A stretch of 64,000 bases of DNA. Origin: Polymyxa betae A26-41. Its lineage: Eukaryota; Protista; Endomyxa: Phytomyxea. A model generated the notes under the pieces. It saw only the letters and a program-made list of their open reading frames with translations, searched no databases and had not been told where the DNA came from. A program made the position numbers and the translations under genes. This document shows positions 23,200 through 35,777 of the stretch, in pieces. The DNA lies in NCBI GenBank assembly GCA_003693705.1, contig RBZT01000754.1, positions 1-64,000 of the forward strand, written 5' to 3'. Every line of letters starts with the position of its first letter. Within the stretch, counting starts at the first letter, position 1.

Positions 23200-25421
23200 A
23201 GTCCACTGTTTGGTTACAGCTAGATGCGTTTAAGGGATTGTGGCTAAGCCATTAGCTCAAGAATGCCAGGAGATGATCTCCTCTATAACAGACATCGACA
23301 AACTTATAGTTTGGATAGATGATCTGCTTGGACATTCTAAGAATAGGGAATATTGGTTTGAAATATTGGAAAAGGTATTAAGCTTAGCTGATCAGCGTAA
23401 TATTTAGTTCAGTATTGGAAAGTGTGGGCTCTTTACAACTCAAGAGAAGTACTGTGGAAACAAGCGAAAAGAAGAAACCATGCGTCCCATCAGCGACGAG
23501 ACCCAAAACATAGAAAGATATAAGCATTCGTAAAAGCAATAAACTATTCTAACAATTGAAGAGCACCTTGAAAAGCACTAATACATTGAGAAATGAGGAA
23601 ATTTTCAAATTGGGCAGCATCCATTCTAGCCGAAAAACGATTTCAAGTTTACCTTCAATTCGATCCCATATCTTTTCCAAAATTCGAACCGCCACGATCT
23701 CTGCAAGAGAGCAATCAGCCAGCGATCTATGCACGAGAGCCATCCGCTGGGTATACAAACAATATAATAAACTAACAGCAATGTTAGAAGTTTCTAGAAG
23801 GCCCTGCAAGCAAAAAGGTGAAATAGTGCTTCCCATCATCGAGGAGAGCCAAAAATATAGAAAGGAAAAATCTAAAACATGCAGAAAACCTTTATAAGCA
23901 TTAATAAAGTGAGAAGACAAAAATTTCTAAAAAAGGGCAGCATCCACCCTTGAAGACAAAATAGAATTAGAATACCTTCGAATCGATGCTATTTCAGCCC
24001 CGAACATTCAGTTTGCCACTGTGGATGCTGTAATGGAGTCGAGAGCTGCTTCTCGAACTCCAGAAATACTGGTAACTGATATGGCATCGTACTTTATGTC
24101 GACAGTTATGTGTTGATGTGGATCATATACTTGGAGCCATGTGACGACGACATGAATGAAGTGGCCGCCCACGGCATGCGCAACAATGAAAGGTTCCATA
24201 ATACCAACGCCAAATAGTCTTTGTAAGTAATCAACTCTATAAGCAAACAACAATTATTGAAGGGAAAATACAGGCCGTGCAACATTGTAAGAGATATCGA
24301 GGTACTTTAGCCACTCTTCACTCATAAACTAACAGAATTTCATAGCAACAGTCCACGTTGCTTCTACATTATGAAGGAGCTCACACAAAGGTGCATTATG
24401 CAGCATCACTTCACAGTAACCTATGGACACTATAGTAATGGCTCATTGAAGTCATTAATAAGCATTACTTAGCATTGAAGAAAGCGCTTATCTCTGATCC
24501 ACATTGGGATAAACAATATTGACCATGGTTAAATAAGATCATTGAGCATACACTTCAACATCATCCACCAGGTAGATTAGATGGCAAGGCGCCAGTGACA
24601 GTTGATAGTATTCACCGGCCAGCCTGCTGATAATCCTAGCGGAGACCTTGAAAGAAGTTAATCCTGACATGGAAAGGACCATATAAGATCACAGACACAC
24701 TGAATATATTTCGGAGGGATGATAATATATTTAACGGATCTAAACAAATAGTCCATGGGGATAGAATCAGATAATATATTGTGACAGCAAACTAAAGGTA
24801 ACTGAGCAGATGAAAGATCAGTTTGCTTACGATAGCTCAAGTTATGAAGTAGCACAGTTCAGAGGCAGTCGCATTAATCCCCAAACCCATGAAGGCGAGT
24901 TCCGTATTGCCTGGAAGGAATTTTTCAGTCAGAGAGCAGCTGAGAACATTTGGAAATTTTTCAGATGTTCCTGTACTAAATAATAACTATCTAAGAGAAT
25001 TAAAAAGCGCAGGTCATGCGCTTGCTGACACTGCGGAGGCATTTGTTAAAACGAGGACTTGTTCATGAGTTGCATGCTTTTTTCCATATCTATCCCGTGG
25101 TTTCTTAAAGCTGCAACCCTTAATTAAGTTTAGATTCTTTTAACCAAAAACTGCCATTTTCTGATGAGGGGAGTGTGTCAATATACAGTTATGTTACCTG
25201 GTACATTACTTACTGACCAAGAAAGCACAGGAAGAGTTATTGGTGGTGATTACTCGGTTCATGAGTGGCGGAGAATATTCCGTGAGTGAATTTAAAAATC
25301 GATGAATCCTCCCAGTCGTTTCCCAGGGGTTTCAAGTGTGGCTAGTGCTGTCTCGAACATGTGAATCCTCAGAGTATAAAAAGGCTATATACATCGGATA
25401 AAAAACCATTATTCATTCCAC
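23200..25421 (+). mobile_element. Ty3/gypsy chromodomain-bearing element, deleted; PPT then 3' LTR from 25174
   Basis: LDAFKG-like near 23220, WIDDLL near 23310, integrase near 24020-24600, chromodomain near 24900, gaggggag|TGTGTCAATATA at 25174. Confidence 0.75.
23560..24010. repeat. Two units of the same ~325-bp repeat as 17380-17860, in opposite orientation
   Basis: GGGCAGCATCCA core at 23612 and 23935. Confidence 0.6.
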
Positions 25422-25429
25422 ATGACAAC

Positions 25430-26030
25430 AGTGACATCAAAGTTTAGCATTGCCATATGCGATGACTGCCAATGTTTCATTGTTGATAGCGGTGCTTCAA
25501 TGCACATGGCTTCAGACAGATGTTCGTTCAGATCGTATAAGCAACAGAGTTACCTATCGGTTCAAGAGGGAAATGGGACAGCCATACACTCCCATGGTTC
25601 CGGAGATTATTACGCAAAGCTACATGATGGCTTTACTTAGAGAATCGACAACCCGTTTCACGTTCCTGATCTCCAAAATGATCTACAATCAATTGCGCAA
25701 AGTTCTGCAAAATGATTCAAGTATATTTTCACGGATATTATCTCAAGATCTACGCTAAAAAAAGAAATGTTCCGCCGCGAGCAGATCCAATCTTGATAAT
25801 CACAAGAGACACAGACAACATTTACCCAAACAAACACAATACTCCTTAGAAACTAGGCCAGCAAAACAATGCTAATGCCGCTCGTGTTCCCACGAGAGAA
25901 TGAATCTGGCACGAACGCCTAGGACATCCCAGCCGTAAATCTTTCCAGTAATTGAATTTGATTCGCAATGACGGAACAAAATGTCAAGAAAAATTGAACA
26001 AGTTTCCGAGCCTTGTTTACAATCAGAGTG
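25430..26030 (+). mobile_element. Ty1/copia protease and GAG-pre-integrase fragment
   Basis: FIVDSGASMHM (ORF 25422-25640), HVPDL, and WHERLGHP near 25905. Confidence 0.8.
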
Positions 26031-26039
26031 AACGACCCT

Positions 26040-27788
26040 TCGTACGCTGGTCAGTAACGCCTGAACTTACTTCAGAATCAGCTGATCGATTCGAGTAACG
26101 TAACTGTCAACAGGGCGATATTTCAGCCCGGATGAGGATGACCTACCCGATCTGCTACAAGAACGCAAGCAGGTGATGTATTTCTTCGCGACACGCGCGA
26201 ACTGCTCCTGCCGCCGTTCAGCATCGAGAGCGGAACGTAGGGCCGCAAGGGTGCAATTGTCGATCCTGACGGGGACATACGACTTCGAACTCTGAAGCAG
26301 CGTCATGACTCTCCTCTAGCTGGACATTTTGGTTACCGCAAGACTGCAGCTGATCATACGCGATTTTTTGTGGCCCGGCATACGGAAGACCTGCGATATT
26401 TGCCAGGGGGCATCATCGGCACGGCACAAACCCAATGGACAATTACTGCCTTTTGCCGATACAATGTAACCTCTGGTAATCAAACTCGATGGATATCCTT
26501 GTTAAGTTGCCAAACTCCAACGGCCGTAATGCCATTCTCTGAGTGGTTGACGGGTTTTCTAAATGGCACACTTTATCACCTGCTCGAAATCTATCGCCGC
26601 AAGCCAGCTGGCCCCGCTGATGCTCCATCCTCTCTTCAGTATACACGGACTTCCCAAGATCTGGCCGAAGCCCGCAATTTATATCCCGGTTTTGGAGGCA
26701 CCTATTGCTAAGGTTAGGTATCTGGCGCAAACAATCGAAAGCTCGACACTCTGAGACTGCCGGCCAAACCGAACGTGTTAACCAATTAGTGGAGAAATAT
26801 CTACGATGTTTTGTATCATATAATCCTGACAATTTGGAGTGACCTGCTAGGCGTGGCGGGAGTTCGCATACAGCAGCTCCTCGCACTCGTCGACGAGAGC
26901 TTCCGCCCTTCTACCTCTAGTCCGGTTTTCCCCCAGATTTGACACGGCTGGTTCAGAATCCAGCCCGGAAGCGAACCCGCCACGGACCACTACCTCGACC
27001 ACCTTCAGCAGATCCGTAACATTGTGACGCAGCATCTCGAGCAGGCAGTCAATGATAGGAGAAAGTCCGTTGATCATCATCGACGAGCATGTCCCAAATT
27101 TAAATTCGGGGACCGGGTTATGGTGAGGAGCGAATCACCGACCACAAGACCATGTAGCAAACTCAATTACATGTAAATTGGTCCATTCAAGATCCGTCAG
27201 CGCATTTATCCCGTCGCATTTCAGCTCAGTCTGCAGGAAGCGTCCAACGGCATGAAGTGTTCCAAGTCTCTTAGTTAGAGCCTTACCGGGACTAAACAAT
27301 CCAAGGTCGCACCCAACCTTCTCCAGCACCAATCAAGCTCGACTCGTCCGATGACATACATATTATTAAGGATTTATGTTCACAATCGCCTGCAATATCT
27401 CATCGACTGGGGAATTCGCAAACCAACTTGAATCCACATCGGAACAGTAGGGTCATTTTCGCGACTCCCATGAACGCTTTCCAGAGAATCCTGGACCCGA
27501 GCAGTCCAAACCAGAACTTCGAAAGGGGGGCTGAGCCAGGGCCCCGCCATGACAGCAAGGTGGTGCAGCCAACAGGGCGACGAGCTCAGCCTCCGAGGCT
27601 ACAACCTCCGGCCACGCATTGGAACATTCCGGCAGCCGTCGTAGATCCGGACTTCAAACCTTCCAGCGACAGGAACCTTCGAGTTGCAGCTCAATTAGTG
27701 GGAGAGGCCCGCTCTCCATTCCGGTTATAGGAATACTATCCCAGATTAGATTAGTCTATTCGTCCGCCTCAGTTAGCCGGTCCTGACA
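26040..27788 (+). mobile_element. Ty3/gypsy chromovirus 3' half (integrase, chromodomain, PPT, LTR ~27535-27788)
   Basis: HDSPLAGHFG, HGLPK, GQTERVNQ..EKYLR, FGDRVMV, GPFKI and QYLIDWG motifs, gaaagggggg PPT at 27521, and ...CCTGACA end. Confidence 0.85.
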
Positions 27789-28529
27789 GTACAAGTCATT
27801 GAAATCTGCTTAAATCAAAGTAGTCATACTGGCAAATCCATCGCGAATTTGCAGAAATCGGGCCGCCGTCAATGCGATTCAGTAATGTTGCCAGCGATGC
27901 CGAGACAATGGCACAGGATGGAGAAAATTCGGTTGCTGCCGAGCCAGATCCGCTGCCACGTTACAACGAAAAAGTTTTGTCGTGGCTGCGATCGAAACAA
28001 GGCAAGAGATTACACCGTGCCAATGCTCCTCATATGAGATCAACCCGAACACAGAGCGGCATTGCCATGTTAGAGGTGGTGCTATCACCTCTACAGAGGG
28101 CGATTGGGGCTCGTGTCAGGCCTATGGCAGATTCTCTCACAAGGCTGCAGAGCAATCTCGGCGACTTGCTGTCCGGCAGTATTCTGATTTTCGTCAATGC
28201 TGATTGGAATAGAATGAGCGTTAATAGTCCGATGGATGCGAGCAATTGTTGATCTCCACCCGTAGTTTAATCCTGGCGCTGATTCAGTCGTGCAGCTTGC
28301 AAAAGAGGCGATCACAGTTCCTTTCTAAAAACGGAGTAGAGGAAATCGAGTAGTTACTGACCTTTGGCGAAAACGGTCGGAAGGGTTAGCTAGTGGACCG
28401 CCTGTGAAGTTATTAAAGAGAAGTATTGTTCGAAGTGGTGTCAAGGCAATGAGCGGAGGCTCTTTAATCGCAGACGGGCAATTATCGGCGCTGAGATTCG
28501 AGTCACCCGATCGACGGCGGGAGGGGAGA

Positions 28530-29182
28530 CAAAACAAGCAAAAGTCAATGTATCTTTCTCCCGCTCTTTTTCTGATGTTGCGTTCAGACCAAAGACTTCC
28601 GTTAAGTCGCTCTAATAAACATAAGTTGAAAGTTATGTTTCTAACTAGGTTGCGCTCTAGGACCCCTCAGTTTTGGTGTCGCTTGTTCATTTGTTGTTGA
28701 GGGTGCTGATACGACTTCTAGCCATGAATGATGCTCTCCTTGATCTGGTCAAGATTGTTGATTGAGTAACCGGTGAGAGCGACGTCGCATAGGGTGCACG
28801 CCCTATCGTTTTTTGTGTCAAAATCATAGAAGCAATGCGCAAGCATGCGCTTTAGCTTTAAAATTGCAAGATCTTGATAACAAAAACTGCGGTATCACCT
28901 TGAAAAAGATCTCAATGTGGACATCAATCGTCCTGTTTACGATGTTACGACGGGCAGGAAATGGTGGAGAGCTGATTTCATGAATTCCACTGACGACACA
29001 AGGGGGTTGCGGCTAACGTCGTTTTCCAAAATCTTACAGACCTATGTTTTAGGCCATTTTGATTTTCGAATCAAGATAAGTCAGAAGGCTGCGCTCTACG
29101 ATTTCTCCCGCGTACTTCTCCAAGTCCGCAAAGTATCTATTGAAGCTCTAACGTAAGATTTCTCCACTTTACAGACGTTTCT
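28530..29182 (+). mobile_element. Internally deleted non-autonomous derivative of the Harbinger-like family at 56511-59090
   Basis: 28540-28950 aligns to the revcomp of ~58670-59085, and 29000-29182 to the revcomp of 56511-56690. Right TIR ACTTTACAGACGTTTCT is followed by AAT. Confidence 0.8.
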
Positions 29183-29681
29183 AATGTCATTATGTCCTTA
29201 TTTCAAATGTCTTGTATATTCTTTTGTCGTCACAACAAGAATCTGCTGCGCTTCCTTTCGTGACAGCTGTTATAGATGTGGGCGGTGATCTGAGCAGCAC
29301 ATTTCAAGCAATATATCGATGCCTTCGAATTTCACTGTAGCGGAATGAAAGATGCGTGGCTTTCTTTGGCCCAGTATCAATCTTCATAAAGAATCTGATT
29401 GAATCTTGATTGCTGGTTCTATTGCAATTCTTCGGATAGATTTTCACGGAACTTTGTGAGACAATGAACCTATCCGTTAAACTGGCTGAAGTTTGGCGAG
29501 TCACACAGGTTTGAGCCCAAAACTTGGCGGGGTGGCCTCTTGCTGCCCGTCCTTTCAAAGCTGGGTGCAAAGTTTGCAACCCACCAAAAGCCTGGTCGAA
29601 AAGATTTGGCCAAGCTTTGGCCTCTTGTTAATCAATACAACATAACTTCAGAAGATGCTTATTTATCTTTGCCTATTAGAA

Positions 29682-30428
29682 TGAGTGATCGTAGCTCTGA
29701 TACCGAGGTTGTTGAAGATGAGTTGATGTCGCCTCCAGCGAAGAAGATGAAAACTGGTTGACGTTACACAATAAATTCTTTAAGATCAACGTTTTAATGT
29801 CCTCGCTGGCGTTCATTACGACTCCTGGTCAGCAACAAGAAAGAAGGCTGGGAAGCAGTTAATCTCGAAGAAAATATGGCCCAAGGCACAACCTAATTCA
29901 AAGGACAAAATGAATCTTTGAGCTAACTTTCATGTATTAGATATACATCGATTATAAAAACCAGTTTCCTGAATGTACTCTATCCGAAGAGCAGCTTCGA
30001 CATTTCATTCGAACCGAAAAACAGCAGCTGCAAACCGGCGATACAGATGATTAATCTGGGAAGGTGGTTCTGCAACCTGTAGCGTATTAACAGCAGGTCG
30101 TTAAACAGTCTAACGGCCATGCCAAACGCAACATTCTAACTGAGCAGATCGGGTAGCAGCTGCAATGGTCACTGCTAAAACCCCTGCGGCTGCAGTTGAG
30201 AAGAAGGATGTGAAACCACCGCAGCCTACCAAGGCCCAGATGTTGAACACCCAGGCGACATCGATTGCCACTTTGAGCGCGATTTATGAATCGAGATGTT
30301 CAAAGTGACCTGCTTCGTCATAAGTCAGACTTGGCGAATTGAAGAAGCTAAAACAAGGCCTATCGCTGGGCTTTTTGACTCAGGAGGAATTTAACAACAA
30401 AGCGAAAACGCTTCTTTTCAATTTTTGA
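29682..30428 (+). pseudogene. Harbinger-like partner gene: helical/Myb-like N-terminal part plus SHOCT-like C-terminus
   Basis: SPPAKKMK, IWPK, QFPECTLSEEQLRHFIR, ending ELKKLKQGLSLGFLTQEEFNNKAKTLL. Homologous to 60669-61435. Confidence 0.65.
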
Positions 30429-30456
30429 ATCTTTGGTGTTTAACATTTAGGTTTAC

Positions 30457-31157
30457 TTACTCGTCATCAGCGTCATCCCAGCCAGCATCTTCCACGCCTG
30501 CTCCTTCCTGATATGTATGCATATCATGACGGCGTCGTTGAAGGAGATTTGTGAGAATGGGGCATGCGCGAAAGAGGTGAGTGAACTTCTCGATTGTACA
30601 GTCGAATTGCGTCATTAGCTTATTCCCCCGATGCCCCATTCGACGCGAACTCTCATCCCACAGTGAGCAGCGTTGAAAGCATCAATGGCGTCCATATTCT
30701 GACCATTTCGTATTTGGTCGCGCTGTCGCATTCTGTGCATAATAAACATCTCTTCTCCAGCATCACCTGTGTCTCCCAAAAGATAGTCAAAGTATTCATT
30801 GGTATGTACAAAGTGCTGGCGCCAGTTGTGAAATGGATCAGATCTGCGCAAGTAATTGATGTCCTGAAATGTTTCCAGGCTATCCTGGATCCACGTAGAA
30901 AATAAGCCATCGTGATCTACAGCTACTGTATTGTTTACACAGTACATGGACTTCCGTCCATTGTACCAGAGACTGTGGAAATCACCAAATTGTTTGCTTT
31001 TTGCCTTACGGATTTGGACGAGGGTCCCATCGATGAACCCAATGCATCCCAACGGGCACCGCCCAGGTTTTTGTATGATGTGACTGGCGGCATACAAAAC
31101 TTTGGAATTATAACGGAAAGTAGCAAAACTAGGCGAGTCAAAACGCTTGCACGTCAA
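30457..31157 (-). pseudogene. PIF/Harbinger-type (DDE_Tnp_4) transposase, 5'-truncated
   Basis: CIGFIDGTL, WYNGRK, VDHDGL, YLLGD and RVRVEWGIG motifs. Confidence 0.88.
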
Positions 31158-31329
31158 CGTAAGCTCCTTTAGCGGATAGGTTTAATTGCGTAGAATATTT
31201 TTTTGGTTCATTACAGATTTTCAAAAAAACTCTATTGAATTCTGTACAATGATCGTTTTTATACCTTGAATTTATATTTTTGCGACCACACAAAAAAATA
31301 TATTTCTGTATTGTGCAAATTAAGCCGAT

Positions 31330-33850
31330 ATGGATGCAAAGCAACTACTTCCACCTGGTAGTTTCAATGCCATACCAGGAACCACACTATCCTCGTGCTG
31401 CATTTGTGGACATCGTGCATCAGCCCGCAATCGTCATAGACATTGGTTTTCAAACAAGAGGCGGAACTGCTGGATGATGTTTGACATGCAAAACCAAACG
31501 ACGAAATCACCCACCACTGATCATGTTTGCCCCTTATTCATTTTCCTGAGTGCAACAATTTGATTGACGACGTGTTTAGCATAAAGAGGATACCGATGTG
31601 ACCTTTACAACGAAAAATATTCAACATTCTGAAGTTGCATGCAATGTGCTGTGTGACGCCGTTGAAGGATCTCAGAGAAATGTGCATGGCAGTGTATGCT
31701 TCCATGGGCTCTTGCTTTATTGCTTATCAATCACTTGCGATATAGAGCAACCGTGATGAACCCTGTCAGATACAAAACGTCAAGGAAATGACCATACAAT
31801 CGTGATTGCAATGCGATGATCCAATCACGACAATGACCAATACTATGATAACAAGTAAAATGAAGACATTGTTATCGACTATTTTGATCGTTTTGAATTG
31901 CTGAAACAGTGGATTGGGCAAAGCAACTATGATAATCCTACATCCATGAACTTTCGATCTGCCCAACATCCCTGGTGGCCGGCAAATAACTTGACTTCCA
32001 TGGCTTAGGCTTCGTGGCAAGCATTGACAAGGTTATCCAACGAAAAATTTCAGTGGCTTTTGAAGTTTTCGCAAACAGGTGGTTATCATAGTGAAAAGGC
32101 AAGCGGCCAGATTTTGCATTTCGAGCTGAAGACGTCCCAGACATATCCGAAATTGAAACAATCAACAAAATGCTCCCACGAACGAAAACTTCTTCTCTGA
32201 AAGCTAAGCGCATAAATGAATCTGTCGATGCCTCTTTTAAAAGCAAAGTTGTATGTGAATCAGATGTCGAGGGATCATACAAACCACTCAGTCCAATTTA
32301 AAAAATTATCTATATCGACATTTTGTATTCACAAAAGCTAAAGTGGTATTAGGTTAAAATGATTCTCCCGTCAGAAGTGATTCGAAGGGAATGATCAAAT
32401 AATCAAGTCACAAAGCATCTTGATTTGTCCCCGTCGACGATATCTCCAACTGATCGGCAAGTGCAGCGACGAAATTTCAGAGATTCAGTTTATTATGCCG
32501 ATCCTTTGGCAGTTACAGCCCCAAAGGTTGTCTTGAATTTGAACCGCTCACAACAAGATCTAAAAATCGGTGATGCTGTTCAGTACCACTGTGCTGCAAT
32601 GGGGTGTGTTGTATCAATCGGGTGCCGAGATGACCATAACCCTATGCAGAATACTGTGGCGCTGCTTCTAGCCATGTTGGCTTCTGCACGAACACGTTCT
32701 GGTCAGAGGGATGCCGGCCAATTTTTGAAGAATCTCCTTTCTCATTGCTGCCTCTGAACCGAGTGTTGGTTGTTGTTCCAAATGATTCTCGAAGTTTCGA
32801 ATCGGACATATGCAAATATGAGTAATTTTCTGTTCTGGAAATTGCACGTATCATCGATTATCTTTGGGATTGTGCTGACCAATATCAAGACCATTACGCT
32901 TTGTTTCTTCAAACGTCAAATCTCAACAGTTCCGTGGAGCGTATCAATATGATTCCTTTCATTCATGGCTATAGACAGCATTACGCTTTTCCCGAGAATT
33001 TCAGTCGCTCCTCAGTACGGATGATAATGCTTTACGTCGATGGTTTTTGTACTTGGGTTGCAAGATCTGGTAATGTTACTGCTATTTAAACGTCGTTACC
33101 TCAGCTGGATTTGTACCACTTGAACAAAACATCAAACGTTCATTTGATATCATTAGTTCCGAAGGGGTCGATAAAGCTGCAATACTAAACATGATCTCCA
33201 ACGACATAAACGAAATGGTTCGTAATGGCCTTCAAGATGTTTGGATTGCAAGCGGCCCAAATCTTTCAGACCGGAATCGACAAAACAAGAATATATTGCT
33301 AGCTTTCTTGAAAGGAGGTACCCCACAAAGAGCTTCGTATACTTATACAGTAGGAGCTTCTGGAAATCTTCCCTGCCATTCGTGTGAAGCAGACAAGGGA
33401 AGCGTAGCTGATCCGCAAGAAATTGTGTTGAAACGACGTTACAAAGCCCAATTTGAACATAACCAAGGCGAATGTCGGGATATTGTTTTGCCAAAGATCA
33501 CAGCGAATTGCGAAAAGTTACTGGTTACGTGAAATCAAGCCAGCCTGTATTTTGCATTTGGATAGATATTTCAAATCTTGGCTGATTTTGTTATAGAATC
33601 TTCTTCTCCAAATTGACCACTTTAACCTTTTGGAATGCTATCCAGTGGATCCATCACACACTATCTGGTACGGCTTAGTGATCAATGTGCTAGAACTGTT
33701 TCGAAATCGCGTCCTCAGCCCAGAACAGCGTTTCATGGTGGATCGACGATTGTTACACTACACTTGGCCTGCAGAATGTCAGCGTATAACGTTCAACGTC
33801 GGAAGCAGCCGATACAAAAGGTGATCGATGGCTCAGTATACACCGCAACT
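31330..33850 (+). pseudogene. Probable CACTA/EnSpm(CMC)-like transposase relic
   Basis: LYVDGF, NVHLISLVP, FLKG.TPQR, GNLPCHSC and PVDPSHT in the order expected for tnp2/CMC-like enzymes, with a Cys/His-rich start at 31330. No TIR found. Confidence 0.55.
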
Positions 33851-34319
33851 CCGAAAACCGGGTTTCCGATGCGTTCTTACGCGATTCTCTTCGAATCCAG
33901 GCGTTAATCTGCGAAATGGAAATTATCATGCAAGTTTTCTGCGTTTTGTCAGAAGTGCGCATCGGAGCCCAGGACTGGCTGTTAGACAGACCTCAAATTT
34001 CTGCAAAACCTCTCTCAGCCACCTGCGATGTGACGTTTTTGCAAGAGTGCAAAAATCAGCAATCTGAAAGAGTCCAATAATTTGCGAAGTTCTGCAGATT
34101 TAATTTACCTACTGATAGGATGGCGTTCGAGTGTAATCATAAAATTGATTTTAATTTGTATTAATTCCATACCCAACAGAATTGCTCGAATTATCACTAT
34201 TCCGGTAAGGAATCGATTGGCTGATGTCGTTTGCGTCGCCTTGCTCTTGACGCGCGCCGACCCATCTTCCTGCTCCACTTGATAGCACACAGCGCCGACG
34301 GCCTACGATGCTCCCTTGT

Positions 34320-35777
34320 TGGATCCAGATCATCAAACCAAATCTTGTTTATTTACTTTGCTTATACTTCGTTAGTTGCTTTCATATATAGGAAGAGGAT
34401 GAGGGACAAGATGTGTCACGAGTTGGATCCCGACACTGGGGCTGTCTTCATCATATCAGGTTCCAAACTGGCTCCCTTCTTGGAGGCAGTTCTGATATTT
34501 TCATTCCATTTCTTGATTCTTTATTTTACTTGTGATTTGCTGATTGTTGTAATGTATAGGAAGGTTATTATTATGCAGATATGTCGAGAGTTGGATCCCG
34601 ATATCAGGCTTATCAGCCCCAACTTCTCTCTATCAAATACCATGCCAGCTCATTTCGTGAAGTCAGTTTTTATTCTAGCTTTCTAATTAGTTTTATTTCA
34701 TCTTACTTATTTTGTTAGTTGCTTTCCTGTGTAGGACGACTATGCTGGACCAAAGCCATCACGAGATTCATCCCGAGATCGTCGCCGTCTTTATCACATC
34801 AGGTACCATACTGGCTCCCTTGTTGGAGCCAGTTCTGATTTTATCATTCTCTTTCCTCTTTACTTACTTTGCTTGTGTTTTGCTGATTGCTGTAATGTAT
34901 AGGAAGGCTATGCTTAACCATATTTGTCGCAAGTTGGATCACGATAACGGCGCCAACTTCTCTCGATCAGGTTCCATACAAGCTCATTTTGTGAAGCCAG
35001 TTTTTATTTTAACTTTCTAAATATTTCTATTTCATCTTTCTTGTACTCTGTTGATAGTTTTGATGTATAGTAAAGCTAAAATGGACCACATCCATCGCGA
35101 GATGGGTCCCGACTGTGTCGCTGACTGTTATATATCAGGTTCGATACCAGCTCGTTTCGTGAAGTCAGTTTTTTGTTCTAGATTTTTGATTGTTTTTATT
35201 CCATCTTTCTTGTATTCAGCTGATCGCATTCATGTACAGGAATGCTATGGTGGACCAAATCCATCGCCATATGGATCCCGAGATCGGCACTGCCTTCCCT
35301 ATATCAGGTACGATACCAGCTCGTTTCGGGAAGTCTGTTTTTATTCTAGCTTTCTAGTTTTTTTATTTCATCTTTCTTATATTCTTCTGATCGTTTTCGT
35401 GTATAGGAGTGTTACGCTGACCAAATCCATCGCGAGATGCATCACGATATCGGCGCTGCCTTCACTATATCAGGTTTGTTACCAGCTCGTTTCGTGAAGT
35501 CAGTTTTAAATCTAGCTTTCTAGTTGTTTTTGTTTCATCTTCCTTATATTCTGTTGATCGTTTTCGTGTATAGGAGTGCTATGTTGACCAAATCCATCGC
35601 GATATGGATCCCGAGATCGGTGCTGCCTTCACAATATCATACCATACCAGCTCCTTTAGTGAAGTCAGCTTATATTCTAGCTTTCTAATTACTTTTATTT
35701 CATCTTTCTTTTATTTTTTTGGTCATTTTCCTGTGTAGGAAGATTTTGCTGGACCAAAGCCATCACGAGATTCATTC
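34320..35777. repeat. Diverged tandem array, ~8.5 monomers of ~168 bp, partly dimeric
   Basis: The G(T/G)GA(A/G)(G/C)..AGTT landmark recurs near 34482, 34657, 34825, 34992, 35158, 35328, 35493 and 35658. Confidence 0.88.

Noticed and set aside
34231-35497. Hydrophobic plus-strand ORFs as membrane proteins
   Set aside because: They are a by-product of the T-rich tandem array, and the frames are not conserved between monomers.
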